From IMG/VR virus record IMGVR_UViG_3300020596_000028, positions 1-53,773 of that record: a stretch of DNA of 53,773 nt; one strand, 5' to 3'. Shown here one piece after another: positions 28,441 to 38,223 of the stretch (position 1 is its first letter; the number at the start of each line of letters is the position of its first letter). The DNA is from a virus. Its lineage: Duplodnaviria > Caudoviricetes. The translations under genes were made by a program, and so were the position numbers. The notes beneath the pieces were generated by a model. It searched no databases, was not told the origin of the DNA, and worked only from the letters and a program-made list of their open reading frames with translations.

Positions 28441-31400
28441 CCGTTCACCACGCCTCTCTGATTCACAACTGCTTCACCGCGTTCACTGGCTTCACGAATT
28501 GAATTAATCACGAGATCTTGAAGGTCACGCTTGGCACTTTCGCTCATTTCATTTCCAACGTTGAACGTGTTGCTGAAGTTTTGTTCAGCCATCCCGCCGC
28601 CTTGATTAATTTTCTTAGCCGCGTTTCGTAAATCTTTATTTGCTTCAGGTTGAAGAACTGCTTCTCCCCCGTTCAAAATAAATGATCGACCCGACATGCT
28701 TTGTGGCACTTCGTCTAAGCCTTCATGGGCTTGACCGCCAAGCTTCTGGTTTCTGATGTTGTTTACTTGCATCATCCCTGCGGCAGCAATCGCAGCAGCG
28801 GCAGCCGTAGCGAGAGCAGGACCGACGATTGGGATGCTCGACAACGCGGCAAAGGCTCCCGTAGCAGCCATGAAAGTATTCACGGAAGCTTGAGCAATCG
28901 CTGCCCCTTTTCCGATATTAAACATGGTTTCATTTTTAGATTGCATGAGAGAAGCAGCAGCCGTTAAGCCTTGGTTCATCGCCTGATACTGGGACGACTG
29001 TTGAATGCCGACCAACATCCCCATGAACTGTCCATGCTTCTCTTGTTGAAGCCGGATATTCGCAAGCGTTTCACCCCAAGAGTCCCGCAGCTTCTGTTGA
29101 CGAGTCACCTCGGCTTGAAGCTGAGTCTCACGAATCTGATTCATGTTAGCTTGATGATTTTGTTCCGCTTGCTCAATTGCAATCTTTCGTTCGCCTTCAG
29201 TGAGATCCTGATTCATTCGGATCTCAGCTTGGCTCGCTTCAAATTCCATTTGGCTTGCAGCTAACAATTCACGCGTCGCCATTTCATCGTTCATCAGGAG
29301 CTGAGCTTTTTCTTGATGAATCGCTAACTCTTCAGCGTTCCTAGCTTGCAGTTCTTGAAGACGAGAAGCGGACATCGCTCGCTCATAATCCTGGCGATTC
29401 ATTTCTCCCGTTTGCATTGCAAGCGTGAGTTGCTGTTGACGGGCTTGTTCTTGAGCAACTTTAACATCAGCTCCGCCTGAAGCTTCTGATGCTCCACCTA
29501 AACCTTGAGTCATCTGAGCTCTGGCTTGAGCGAGTGCGATTTGTTTTTCAGTTTCAGAGCTCACCGCAAGTCGCATCTGAGCATCGAGATGTTCTTTATA
29601 AGAAGCCATCTCAAGATCGCGTGCAGCAAGACGCGCTTGAGTCATTACTTCAACACCGTGACGGTCAATGTTTTGTTCTTCGATCATGCGCTGAGTAGCC
29701 ATCTCGACATGATGACTTCTCACTTCTTCAGCGAGAGCAATGCGTTTCGTTTTGATCTCATCAGCGACAGTGAACGTTTTATTTCGCTCACGAGAGATCG
29801 CAAGATCAACTTCTTTCATGCGAGCTTCACGTACTTCCATTTCGGATTTAATTTTTAAACCCTTCAATGCAAGTTGAGCTTTCGTTTCTTCTTCTTTCGC
29901 TTTTTCTAGAAGTTGTTTTTGAGCGTCATCCAAAGGAGCAATCTGAGTTGTGAGCTTGATGATGACTTCTTTTGAACGAGACTGAAGATCTTTAAGTGAG
30001 CCTTCAAATTGTTTTTTATTCTCTTCCCAGTCCATCAAAGCAAGTTGAGGAGAGACATCTTTCATTTTATCAATTGCAGATTTCGCAGCTTCTGAAGCCT
30101 TAATGAAGCCTGTTTCAAGCTTAATCATTGCTTGATTGCTAGCTGAAGCTTGAGATTCTAAACCTTTCAACGCATCGTTTTGTTCGCCTACAGCAACCGC
30201 TGTCTCTTCAGCTCTACGTGCAACTTCAACTTGAGCTTTTCCATTTGCCCAAAGTTGGTCAGAAAATCCTTCCATGCTCTGACGAATTCCTGCCACCGAT
30301 TTCGCCATATCGGAATCGACGAGAGAAACGATCGCTTCAATTCCTTTGAGAAGAAGTCTGATTTGAAAAGTGACGACATCAAATGCAGCTGCTAAACCTT
30401 GTTTCGCAAAACCAGCGCACTTATCGAAGTTGTCAATCAAGTACCCAATGCCAAGCGTGAGTCCAGCAACGGCAGCAATCGCAATGCCGACAGGCGATAA
30501 AGCCATTGTACTATTGAGAGCGATCTGAGCAATTTTCCATGCAACCGTTGCAACCCGTGCAGCGTTGGTGACGGCGATGTATCCACCGACTACTCCGACC
30601 GCGATGCCTAATGCCATGCCATAGTTTTTTAAACTATCAGAATTTTCATTTAACCACTGAGCTCCACTTGCGATCGATTCAGCCATGCTCGTGAACATGA
30701 CCGCTGATTTAGAAAGAGCAGAAATGACGGCAGGATTTTTCGTAATTAAAAATCCAATTTGCTTGAGCACGTCTCCCCAAGCTTCTTTTGATTTCTTTAA
30801 AGCGCCTTCATAAGTCTGAGAAGAGTTAGCAGCAAAGTCCCTGTACTTAGCCGCGATCAAATCAATCGCAGCCCCGCTTCTTAACTGTTCTTGAGTGAGT
30901 CCTTTTAGGGCCGTAACCTGAACGCCTAATTTACCAGTCGTTCCAGTCATCGTAATCGCGAGCTGTTTCATGGCAGCATTCGCATCGATGTTCAGAGCAG
31001 CGCCTAAGTTGACGGCAGCTTCAGTTGCTTTCGCAGCTTGTTCGGCACTCATTCCTAAGTTCATGCCGTAAGAAGCGAGGTCTTTTACGGCATCATCTGA
31101 GATCCCGATTTGCGCTTGCATCGCGCCTGAGAGTTTTTGGATCGCTTGATAAGCCTTCTCCGTGTAGTTCCCAGTCTGAACCATGGAGGCAGCAAGCTTG
31201 CGGTCTGAGGCTTCAGCTCCCGAAGCCGCATCGATCGTGGCACTGATGGCAGCGTTGACGCGACCAAACACAGCACCCATCACTTCACCAGCGCCTTTGA
31301 GAGCTAAGAAGGCAGTTGAAGCAGCAGTAACGGATTGGCCAAGACCCGTTTCACCTAAAGCGGCAGCGACCTTTTTTATGGCCGAACTGATATTGTCTTC

Positions 31401-31442
31401 CGCGGTGAGTTTGAGTTTTAACTCTCGATCATTATTACTCAC
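28437..31442 (-). CDS. Tape measure protein
   Basis: 1001 aa, Ala-rich and helical; N-terminal LKLTAEDNIS; hydrophobic patches; follows the tail chaperones. Confidence 0.92.
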   Translation of the reverse strand: MSNNDRELKLKLTAEDNISSAIKKVAAALGETGLGQSVTAASTAFLALKGAGEVMGAVFGRVNAAISATIDAASGAEASDRKLAASMVQTGNYTEKAYQAIQKLSGAMQAQIGISDDAVKDLASYGMNLGMSAEQAAKATEAAVNLGAALNIDANAAMKQLAITMTGTTGKLGVQVTALKGLTQEQLRSGAAIDLIAAKYRDFAANSSQTYEGALKKSKEAWGDVLKQIGFLITKNPAVISALSKSAVMFTSMAESIASGAQWLNENSDSLKNYGMALGIAVGVVGGYIAVTNAARVATVAWKIAQIALNSTMALSPVGIAIAAVAGLTLGIGYLIDNFDKCAGFAKQGLAAAFDVVTFQIRLLLKGIEAIVSLVDSDMAKSVAGIRQSMEGFSDQLWANGKAQVEVARRAEETAVAVGEQNDALKGLESQASASNQAMIKLETGFIKASEAAKSAIDKMKDVSPQLALMDWEENKKQFEGSLKDLQSRSKEVIIKLTTQIAPLDDAQKQLLEKAKEEETKAQLALKGLKIKSEMEVREARMKEVDLAISRERNKTFTVADEIKTKRIALAEEVRSHHVEMATQRMIEEQNIDRHGVEVMTQARLAARDLEMASYKEHLDAQMRLAVSSETEKQIALAQARAQMTQGLGGASEASGGADVKVAQEQARQQQLTLAMQTGEMNRQDYERAMSASRLQELQARNAEELAIHQEKAQLLMNDEMATRELLAASQMEFEASQAEIRMNQDLTEGERKIAIEQAEQNHQANMNQIRETQLQAEVTRQQKLRDSWGETLANIRLQQEKHGQFMGMLVGIQQSSQYQAMNQGLTAAASLMQSKNETMFNIGKGAAIAQASVNTFMAATGAFAALSSIPIVGPALATAAAAAIAAAGMMQVNNIRNQKLGGQAHEGLDEVPQSMSGRSFILNGGEAVLQPEANKDLRNAAKKINQGGGMAEQNFSNTFNVGNEMSESAKRDLQDLVINSIREASERGEAVVNQRGVVNG

Positions 31443-31822
31443 TTCGTTCTCCCACCCGCGTTTCTTTTATTTTGAATCTCGGCGAACTGTTTCTTTTCAA
31501 CGTCTTGTGCCTTCTTGGCCTCCCTAGAAATATACTCCGAAGAGAGGTCATCAAGATATTTGAACAGCTCAATAGTGTAAGCAGTTTGGTCAACCATACT
31601 GCCCGGATGAGGATAGATTTTTGAGTCCCGGCAATCAAAATAAAGATCGACCAAGAACTCGTCCTGCCGGCTCTGCATGTAAAGTCCCTTAGGACATTCG
31701 TCATACAGATGACCGGCAAGCAGGTTCTTAGCAGGCTTAAACAGATTGCAGCAGTTTCGAAGGCGTTGCAGACCTCGGTCGCACTTGGTGCAATTAAACG
31801 ATGGACCCTTCTTGCGATCCAT
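31439..31822 (-). CDS. Tail assembly chaperone, frameshift (gpT-like) portion; Cys-rich
   Basis: In the -1 frame of the upstream ORF and open back to the slippery site; HPGSMVDQ motif. Confidence 0.75.
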   Translation of the reverse strand: MDRKKGPSFNCTKCDRGLQRLRNCCNLFKPAKNLLAGHLYDECPKGLYMQSRQDEFLVDLYFDCRDSKIYPHPGSMVDQTAYTIELFKYLDDLSSEYISREAKKAQDVEKKQFAEIQNKRNAGGRTK

Positions 31823-31842
31823 CTTGAGATGAATAACCGCCT

Positions 31843-32289
31843 TTAAGACTTTTTTTGGTCATCTCCTAGGTTCGATCGAGTCATCACATAGGAACCAATC
31901 TCTTGAATAATCGGACCTGGAATCTCAGCAATCACGAAGTCTCTAGCGACTCCATTTTCTTCGATTTGCTTCACACCTTCGGTAAAGTATTTCACCATCA
32001 TGGATCCACGGCTCACGACATCCACTTGAGGGGGCAAAGGTTTGCCTGTCGTTTTGTCGTTTCCAACGGGAGTGAACTGATAGTGAACCTCGTTGATTTC
32101 AGCTTGAGTAATGGGGTTGATATTTTTCGTTAAGAAAAAAGTCGGCGTCATTCCTTCTAGGAACTTGATGTGCTTGAGATTCAACGTATTTCCATACGCT
32201 TTGACATCGCTATTTTCTAAGTCAACGGCTTCGTCTTGGATGCTAATCAGCCTTACGACTGCATTCGGATCAATCAGTTTAATCGCCAT
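31843..32289 (-). CDS. Tail assembly chaperone (gpG-like)
   Basis: Between tube and TMP; ends CAA AAA AAG TCT TAA. Confidence 0.8.
   Translation of the reverse strand: MAIKLIDPNAVVRLISIQDEAVDLENSDVKAYGNTLNLKHIKFLEGMTPTFFLTKNINPITQAEINEVHYQFTPVGNDKTTGKPLPPQVDVVSRGSMMVKYFTEGVKQIEENGVARDFVIAEIPGPIIQEIGSYVMTRSNLGDDQKKS
31849..31855 (-). other. -1 programmed ribosomal frameshift heptamer A AAA AAG
   Basis: A -1 slip gives ...QKKVLKAVIHLKMDRKK, in frame with 31439..31822. Confidence 0.85.
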
Positions 32290-32317
32290 GGGAAAATTTT
32301 CTCCTGTTTAAGAAATG

Positions 32318-32363
32318 AAAAAAGCAAGGGCCAGTAAGGTAGTTGAACCTCACTAGCCCTTGT
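32318..32363 (-). terminator. Rho-independent terminator after the tail tube gene
   Basis: ACAAGGGCTAGTGAGGT/ACCTTACTGGCCCTTGC stem followed by TTTTTT. Confidence 0.8.
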
Positions 32364-32393
32364 TCTAGGACCGACCTACCACCTACGGTTATA

Positions 32394-33953
32394 TTACCGG
32401 ATGGTCAGCGTGATCTCGGTATCGAGTGCGTTCTTGCTTGTCGCCATACAAGTTCCTTCAAGAGCCAAACTCACGTAGCTATCGCCAGGCTGTTCAATCT
32501 CAGGAATATTGAACTCCACTTTAGGCATTTTCCACTCAAAGGTTCTTCCAACGCCGCTCGTATAGGACGGAGCTGGAATGTCTTGAGGCTCAAGAGTGAG
32601 GGTGACGTCTTCAGCAATGAACTGTTTGCTTCTCATGAAATGAACGAAGTTATCTTTATTCAAGAGCACTTCACATTTTAAAGTCACAGTTCGGCGCTTG
32701 TCTGGAAGGTAACCCTTGTTCTTTGAAGTGCCGTACAAGAAGTCCTTCTTCGTGAAGTTGTTGGCAATCGCAACTTCAGCACTAATGGCTTCTGCTTGTC
32801 CACCGCTTGCAAAGCTCACTGAACCTTTCAGTCCAAGGAGAGCGTTGCTGGAATCAATCGGATCATAACTCACCGGAGCATGACCGATCACAATGTCGTT
32901 CACGTCAGCAGCTGCAAATGCAACTGAGACCCGAACGATATCCGCGTTGACTCCGGTGCCGATTGCGACGACTTTTTTAGCCGAGCTCTTCACCGTGTTG
33001 CCATCGTCTTTATCGATCACATCGATATAGCCGTCAGCTTCAAACATCTGGCCTTGGCCCGATCCAACTTTAGCTTCCGTATCCAGTAATCCGCCAGCTA
33101 AGTTCACTGCTGCTGCCACAACCTGAGCATTACCGCCCACGCCTGACACGGCAACACTGACCAAAGCAGAAGCGCCTACGTGAGCGTCAACTGCGGTTTT
33201 GATTTGAGAAGCAGTGGTGACTGCCGTTTCAATCTGAACGGAGATCGCAGTTCCTGTGAGGGAAACGACTTCAGCACCGGCCGTTGCTCCACCTGTGTAG
33301 GTAATCGTGATCAAGTTCCCGTTTGAACCTACAGCGTCAGCTGTATAGGTCAGGTCTTGAACGATCTTACTTGCCGCTACAGATGCACTTGTGAGGGCTT
33401 GAGCAAGAACGGATTGTCCAGCAAAGAAGGCGTCTTGTCCGAAGCCTTCCATCGAGACCATCGACTTGCCATCACCTGGCAATTGGAAGGTCATGGAATC
33501 CGCTACGCAACCAATGGCAAGCTTCGTGAAGTGCGAGGTTTCTTCCAGCATCCGGAAGCTGTTGTTATTTAAGCTCGTGAGCTTATAAACAATCTCAGCC
33601 GGATCAGTGAGATCCACGCTTCCGAACACGCTTAAGAACATCGCGTGCAAAGGGGGTAGCGTTGGGTTTCCAGATCCGTCTGGAGTGCCTGGAATCACAT
33701 AGCCTTCGTAACTGATTTCAACTTCTTTTTTCCCTGAGTGACGAGTCACCACAGATCGGCCAGATCGTGCTTCACTGTCAGACCGTGGAATATCGAACTT
33801 GATATTTCCGTTAATATGCTCAACCGCGTCAGATCCAATCGGAAGTAATCCGCTGGTTGCGTCTTCGCCGTATCCGCCTGATTCGATCGAAAGCCAAAAC
33901 TTCTGATCCAGGCCTAGGGCTTCATGACTTCTGCTTAAAAGATTTCTGCTCAT
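32394..33953 (-). CDS. Major tail tube protein with inserted domains
   Basis: Upstream of the chaperones; tube-like N- and C-termini (IESGGYG, GCVADSMTF, FEWKMPKVEF, EITLTIR); followed by a terminator. Confidence 0.85.
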   Translation of the reverse strand: MSRNLLSRSHEALGLDQKFWLSIESGGYGEDATSGLLPIGSDAVEHINGNIKFDIPRSDSEARSGRSVVTRHSGKKEVEISYEGYVIPGTPDGSGNPTLPPLHAMFLSVFGSVDLTDPAEIVYKLTSLNNNSFRMLEETSHFTKLAIGCVADSMTFQLPGDGKSMVSMEGFGQDAFFAGQSVLAQALTSASVAASKIVQDLTYTADAVGSNGNLITITYTGGATAGAEVVSLTGTAISVQIETAVTTASQIKTAVDAHVGASALVSVAVSGVGGNAQVVAAAVNLAGGLLDTEAKVGSGQGQMFEADGYIDVIDKDDGNTVKSSAKKVVAIGTGVNADIVRVSVAFAAADVNDIVIGHAPVSYDPIDSSNALLGLKGSVSFASGGQAEAISAEVAIANNFTKKDFLYGTSKNKGYLPDKRRTVTLKCEVLLNKDNFVHFMRSKQFIAEDVTLTLEPQDIPAPSYTSGVGRTFEWKMPKVEFNIPEIEQPGDSYVSLALEGTCMATSKNALDTEITLTIR

Positions 33954-33970
33954 TTTTTATCTCCTATTCC

Positions 33971-34585
33971 TTAGGCTGCTGGGTTAGCAGATCCATTGAG
34001 AATGATTTTGTACTTCTTCGTTCTCAAGCGTTTAATTTCAATAATGTCTGCTTTGTCGAAAGTGGAAGTATTGGATCCACCTAAAAGAGCTGTGCTCACT
34101 TGGGTAGTCAATACACTCACGCCTGAACCCGCAACGGAAACCAAAGCTGAAGATGGAGCTGAAGCAATGATTGCAGCTTTCACTGTGTTCGCAGTGGAAG
34201 TAATTGCAATTCCGTCGTGAGCTAAGTTGACCGTAATTGCGTTTCCAACTACGCCGACTGAAAGAGGAGCAGAAACACCTGGATCAACATAAGTGATCGT
34301 GATTGAGTTTCCGCCAGTTCCTAGAGCGACTGCTGTATAAGTCAGCCCTTGAATCACCTTGCTAGCTGCGATCACGCCAGCTGCACTTGCGATGATGAGA
34401 CAACCCGTACTGAGAGTTTCATCAATGGTGAATGAGGAAAGCTCGTTACCTCGGTAAAGAGTTTTTCCTTTGAGAATTTGAAGTCGACTTGCTTTAACAG
34501 CTGAGGCGAGACGGATCTTTTCTAGGAGCTTCGTCTTTTTAGCAGCAGTCAAGCCAGTCCCATATTTTGATTTGAGTAATGGCAT
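33971..34585 (-). CDS. Virion-associated protein carrying the shared insertion domain
   Basis: Small basic host protein interrupted by the ~100-aa domain (34076..34375). Confidence 0.7.
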   Translation of the reverse strand: MPLLKSKYGTGLTAAKKTKLLEKIRLASAVKASRLQILKGKTLYRGNELSSFTIDETLSTGCLIIASAAGVIAASKVIQGLTYTAVALGTGGNSITITYVDPGVSAPLSVGVVGNAITVNLAHDGIAITSTANTVKAAIIASAPSSALVSVAGSGVSVLTTQVSTALLGGSNTSTFDKADIIEIKRLRTKKYKIILNGSANPAA

Positions 34586-34653
34586 CGTATGTTCCTTCCT
34601 AACCGGAATAAGGTTAATCTGGGTGGTTAAGGTCTACGATGTATCTATACGTC

Positions 34654-35160
34654 TTACTTGGCGTTGCGTGCGTTCCGCGTGTACTCAATATCAATGTCCA
34701 TGCTGAAAAGCCTCACTCCACTATTGTCCAGCTCACTGAAGAGTTGATTATCGGTCGGAATGGAGAGCACTTCCATTTTGTTAATCTGACCAAACAGCGT
34801 GTTGTTATCGTCTAAGCACTGTTCCACATCCGCTAGGAACTCCTCAAACTCAATGAATTCCATCTCGCGGCAAGTCCCAAAGATCTCTAATCGCCACACG
34901 TATTCGCGCACAGTGCCGGCATGGCGTTTAATATTATTGACCGAATCAATAATGTACATCACCGGAGTTTCAGCTTTCGCTTTATCCCGCCAGCCCTTCA
35001 CGTTGAAGGTCACGTCGGCCATGTTCTGAGTATAACCTCGGTCCTTGGTGACGGTCTTTAAGAGCATCTGAAGGGCAACCAGGATACGAGCTCGCTTAGA
35101 TTTTAAGGGCTCAATGATGGCCTGAATTTCTTGAACTTCAATGGTCGTTAACTGTGCCAT
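34654..35160 (-). CDS. Tail terminator-like protein
   Basis: Position before the tube gene; SKRARIL...GY...P...E.FLADVEQCL pattern. Confidence 0.65.
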   Translation of the reverse strand: MAQLTTIEVQEIQAIIEPLKSKRARILVALQMLLKTVTKDRGYTQNMADVTFNVKGWRDKAKAETPVMYIIDSVNNIKRHAGTVREYVWRLEIFGTCREMEFIEFEEFLADVEQCLDDNNTLFGQINKMEVLSIPTDNQLFSELDNSGVRLFSMDIDIEYTRNARNAK

Positions 35161-35166
35161 AACGGA

Positions 35167-35754
35167 TTACTCCAGTCCAAATGTTTCATCTAAAAACAGT
35201 CCAAACTTCTCAGCTATTTCTTCCCGCTTGGCTTCTAGAGCAGGACGAATATAAGGCCGTGCTGGAACCTTGACGCTTTTTTTCATCAGGAACAGAGGCA
35301 CCATTTCGCCTCCTTCGGCTCGCATCGCTAGGATGAGATTACCGGCTCGACTCTTAATAAAGAAGGATCGGCCAGCAAAGTCCATCGGTTTCGCTCTAGC
35401 GATCCCGTCCGGGCCTTTCACTTCGTCTAAAGGAATGGCTAGGTACTTAGCGTTCTTCGGAGTGATCTCGCCGCCGAACTCATGGATCGAAGCATACGGC
35501 ACGCCTTCAGGTCCGACCTCCCCTTTGATCACGCCATTTTCTTCACTCACTCTAGAGCCTTGAGGAATGGAGTTTAGAAGCATTCCTGAACCCACGCGGA
35601 AGTTCTTTTGAACGTTTGCCATCATCTCTGCTTGCAGTGCCGTGATCGCACGCCACATGATTTTCTTCAGTCCACGGCGATAGTCTAAGCCTTCTTTTTC
35701 TAAAAGCTCAGCTAACCTTTTCGCCTCTTCACTGCCGTGGATATTTAATTTCAT
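35167..35754 (-). CDS. Tail completion/neck protein (HK97 gp10-like)
   Basis: SGMLLNSI...VG...PYASIHEFGG...VPARPYIRPAL. Confidence 0.85.
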   Translation of the reverse strand: MKLNIHGSEEAKRLAELLEKEGLDYRRGLKKIMWRAITALQAEMMANVQKNFRVGSGMLLNSIPQGSRVSEENGVIKGEVGPEGVPYASIHEFGGEITPKNAKYLAIPLDEVKGPDGIARAKPMDFAGRSFFIKSRAGNLILAMRAEGGEMVPLFLMKKSVKVPARPYIRPALEAKREEIAEKFGLFLDETFGLE

Positions 35755-36773
35755 ATCTGGTTCTGGTTCCGTTGTGGAACTGGACGAGTGCCAAGAGACA
35801 CGTCTTGATAAGGCTCAAGCATTTCGTAGATCTGAGAAGGGATTCCATCGACTAGCTTCGTATAGCTCTCACCTTTGATTCCCTTAGAGCCTACGCCTAG
35901 GTCACGGTTCTCGCGTTGCATGTACCAGAACTCCATCAACTGCTTGCCTGCGAGAGCAATATCTTGAGGCAAGTCATCGACCGTTTCACCCCAGCCTGCT
36001 TTGTACTTGAGCTTGATCGCACCCAAAATGGAACCACTAAAGATCGTGCCGAGAACAAACTTCTCGTTATCATCCCGTAGTACAATGTCGTTGCCAACAA
36101 TTCTAAGCTCGGTATCGCTCGTTTTCTGTCTTCGATCTGAGCCTCCGCGTTTGAAATAATTTGCGGTCGGCATGATTGACGTATCCCCAAACCCACGATT
36201 GTAATCGATTCGGATTTCAACGATCTCAGTCACAGGCCATTGATGAGGCTTGATGACGTTTGAGTTACTGCCGTCATGCTCTTCAGTGAACGTGCGATTC
36301 AAAACTGGCGTCGATAGGATGCTCTCCACTCGATCACTAGCGGCTTGTCTGAGCTCATCGATAATGTCTTTTACGCCTTGATCATAGCGCGTGTCGTTCG
36401 TTCCAGCGGATAGTGAACCGACTGCTGCAATCACCTGAGCATCGCCTGAGTTACCCACCAAGCTCACGTCAACCAAGTCTTGAGTGCTGGCTAAAACTTT
36501 CGTCATCACTTGGAGAGCAGTACTCACCGTGTCTTCAATTTGAATGGTGATCAAGTTTCCCACCTGAGTGACGACTTCAGCCCCAGCCGTAGCGCCTCCG
36601 GTGTACTCAATTTGAATCAAAGTGCTGTCAGGTCCAGGTAGTTTTGAAGTGTATTTTAAGTCCTGGATAGTTAAGAAACCTTTAGTTCCGCCTAACAAAC
36701 CCACAACTTCTTTTTTCACCTTCAGCCAAAATGCAGCCTTCTCCAGCGTGATGAAACAATTATCTTTGACCAT
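35751..36773 (-). CDS. Head-tail connector (gp6-like) with the shared insertion domain
   Basis: ITLEKAAFWLKV...IIDELRQAASDRVE...YKAGWG...LPQDIALA...LMEFWY..RE...LEPY. Confidence 0.85.
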   Translation of the reverse strand: MVKDNCFITLEKAAFWLKVKKEVVGLLGGTKGFLTIQDLKYTSKLPGPDSTLIQIEYTGGATAGAEVVTQVGNLITIQIEDTVSTALQVMTKVLASTQDLVDVSLVGNSGDAQVIAAVGSLSAGTNDTRYDQGVKDIIDELRQAASDRVESILSTPVLNRTFTEEHDGSNSNVIKPHQWPVTEIVEIRIDYNRGFGDTSIMPTANYFKRGGSDRRQKTSDTELRIVGNDIVLRDDNEKFVLGTIFSGSILGAIKLKYKAGWGETVDDLPQDIALAGKQLMEFWYMQRENRDLGVGSKGIKGESYTKLVDGIPSQIYEMLEPYQDVSLGTRPVPQRNQNQI

Positions 36774-37572
36774 ACGTCACCCATTTTTCTTCGCCGTGAG
36801 CAATGCCAGCGGCTATTTTTTTAGGATCAAAATCTAACGTGCTCATTAGGATGCGTCCTGGAGCGAAAACTTTTAGGTTAATTTTCTTCTTACCCTTTTC
36901 ATTATTATACCGTGTGCACTTGCGAACATCGTTCACGAACACCTCGTGCTCCATCACATCAAGGGCTCGCATCCCCGCTGAAAGGAAATGAGGCCAAGAA
37001 GTCTTCCACTTGTTAAGCGGGTTTTGAACCATCGGGTTGCACAGGATGATAATGATTTCATCGGCTCCGTCTTTGATCGCTTGAGCGAGCGGTGCCTGTT
37101 CTCTCACGCCACCGTCGACATACTTCCCGAGCGGCATCTCCATAAAAAAAGGAATGCACGCTGAGGCTTCCGTCATCAGAGCAAATGCATCGTGACTCAT
37201 CTGACGGCGATAATAATAATTCAACGAGCCATCGACGAGGTTAGTGACGACGACACAAGCGTCTCCTACATACTCAAGTGCTTCCACTTTGAGTCCGGCT
37301 TGAAGCTTCTCACGTAAAGGCTTCATCGAGTACACGCTGTCAGACCAAAGCATATTCAACTTTAAAGAAAGAATGTCTGAACGGCCTTGAATGGAGCGCC
37401 ACATTTTTTCAGTGCCTTCCATTCCCATGAACGAAAGTCCAAAGGCGTTCAAAGCTCCGACTGAAGTTCCATACACGCAATCAGGCATCCACTCTTTCAG
37501 GAGGTGCTTCATCACACCGACCTGGAAACAACCTTTCGCTCCACCACCGCTCAGGACCAATGCTCGTTTCAT
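36760..37572 (-). CDS. Patatin-like phospholipase
   Basis: Oxyanion loop LSGGGAKG, nucleophile GTSVG and catalytic DGG are all intact. Confidence 0.95.
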   Translation of the reverse strand: MKRALVLSGGGAKGCFQVGVMKHLLKEWMPDCVYGTSVGALNAFGLSFMGMEGTEKMWRSIQGRSDILSLKLNMLWSDSVYSMKPLREKLQAGLKVEALEYVGDACVVVTNLVDGSLNYYYRRQMSHDAFALMTEASACIPFFMEMPLGKYVDGGVREQAPLAQAIKDGADEIIIILCNPMVQNPLNKWKTSWPHFLSAGMRALDVMEHEVFVNDVRKCTRYNNEKGKKKINLKVFAPGRILMSTLDFDPKKIAAGIAHGEEKWVTYGQR

Positions 37573-37578
37573 CGTTCG

Positions 37579-38223
37579 TTATCCGATCTCGTAGGCAAAG
37601 AGGTTAAACTGTACATGTGCTGCTTCAGTTGCGTTGGCATGTGAGTGGTATTGAATGCGCATGAAGAGTCCTGCCATTATCGGATTACTCACATCTACAT
37701 CAGCAATCTCATTGCCGATGCCTTTATAAATCTGTAAATGAGGAACGTACTCGACAAGAAAAGTTGGGTCTTCAGGAGTTCCTCCGTAGCCAAGGACATT
37801 ATTTTTATCGATCAAAAACACTTTTACAAAATCTCCAGGACAAGAATTGATCGAAAAAATATTACCACCTCGAAGAGCAAGTTGCTGATCAAATTCAAAA
37901 TCATAATCAGTAATCGCATTCATCGCAGCTACAAAATAACCGCCTCGCATTCGAAGTGAATAATCGGAAGCCGAGTTTCCTACAGTCTGAAGGACTCTCT
38001 TTGGGATGTCGTTTTTTAGAAAATCAATTTGATTATTGAGTCCATTGAGATCATTGTTCCCGTCGTTGACTACGAGTTCACCGGCTGAAATCGCAAGTAA
38101 GATCGAGTCATCACTCGCCCATCTTGCTTCATCCGTACTTGGAATTGTGTAATAAGAACCAGATTCAATGTCTTGACCTAGATAGTTTGCGACTTCAATC
38201 AGTGTATTTTTAACTCGTTTCAT
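37579..38223 (-). CDS. Putative head-decoration protein (shared N-terminal domain)
   Basis: N-terminus KNT...G..I..G.YY.I...W.....VVNDG shared with the next two ORFs. Confidence 0.65.
   Translation of the reverse strand: MKRVKNTLIEVANYLGQDIESGSYYTIPSTDEARWASDDSILLAISAGELVVNDGNNDLNGLNNQIDFLKNDIPKRVLQTVGNSASDYSLRMRGGYFVAAMNAITDYDFEFDQQLALRGGNIFSINSCPGDFVKVFLIDKNNVLGYGGTPEDPTFLVEYVPHLQIYKGIGNEIADVDVSNPIMAGLFMRIQYHSHANATEAAHVQFNLFAYEIG

Noticed and set aside
31435-31719. 94-aa alternative-frame ORF before the TMP
   Set aside because: It overlaps the 127-aa ORF, which is the frame reached by the -1 slippery site.
33090-33380. Shared insertion as an intein or evidence of a contractile sheath
   Set aside because: It lacks the intein C/S start and HN-C/S/T end. 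No full-length sheath or baseplate wedge gene is recognisable.
36760-37572. CBASS operon (CapV)
   Set aside because: There is no adjacent CD-NTase or cap2/cap3 gene; the neighbours are structural genes.
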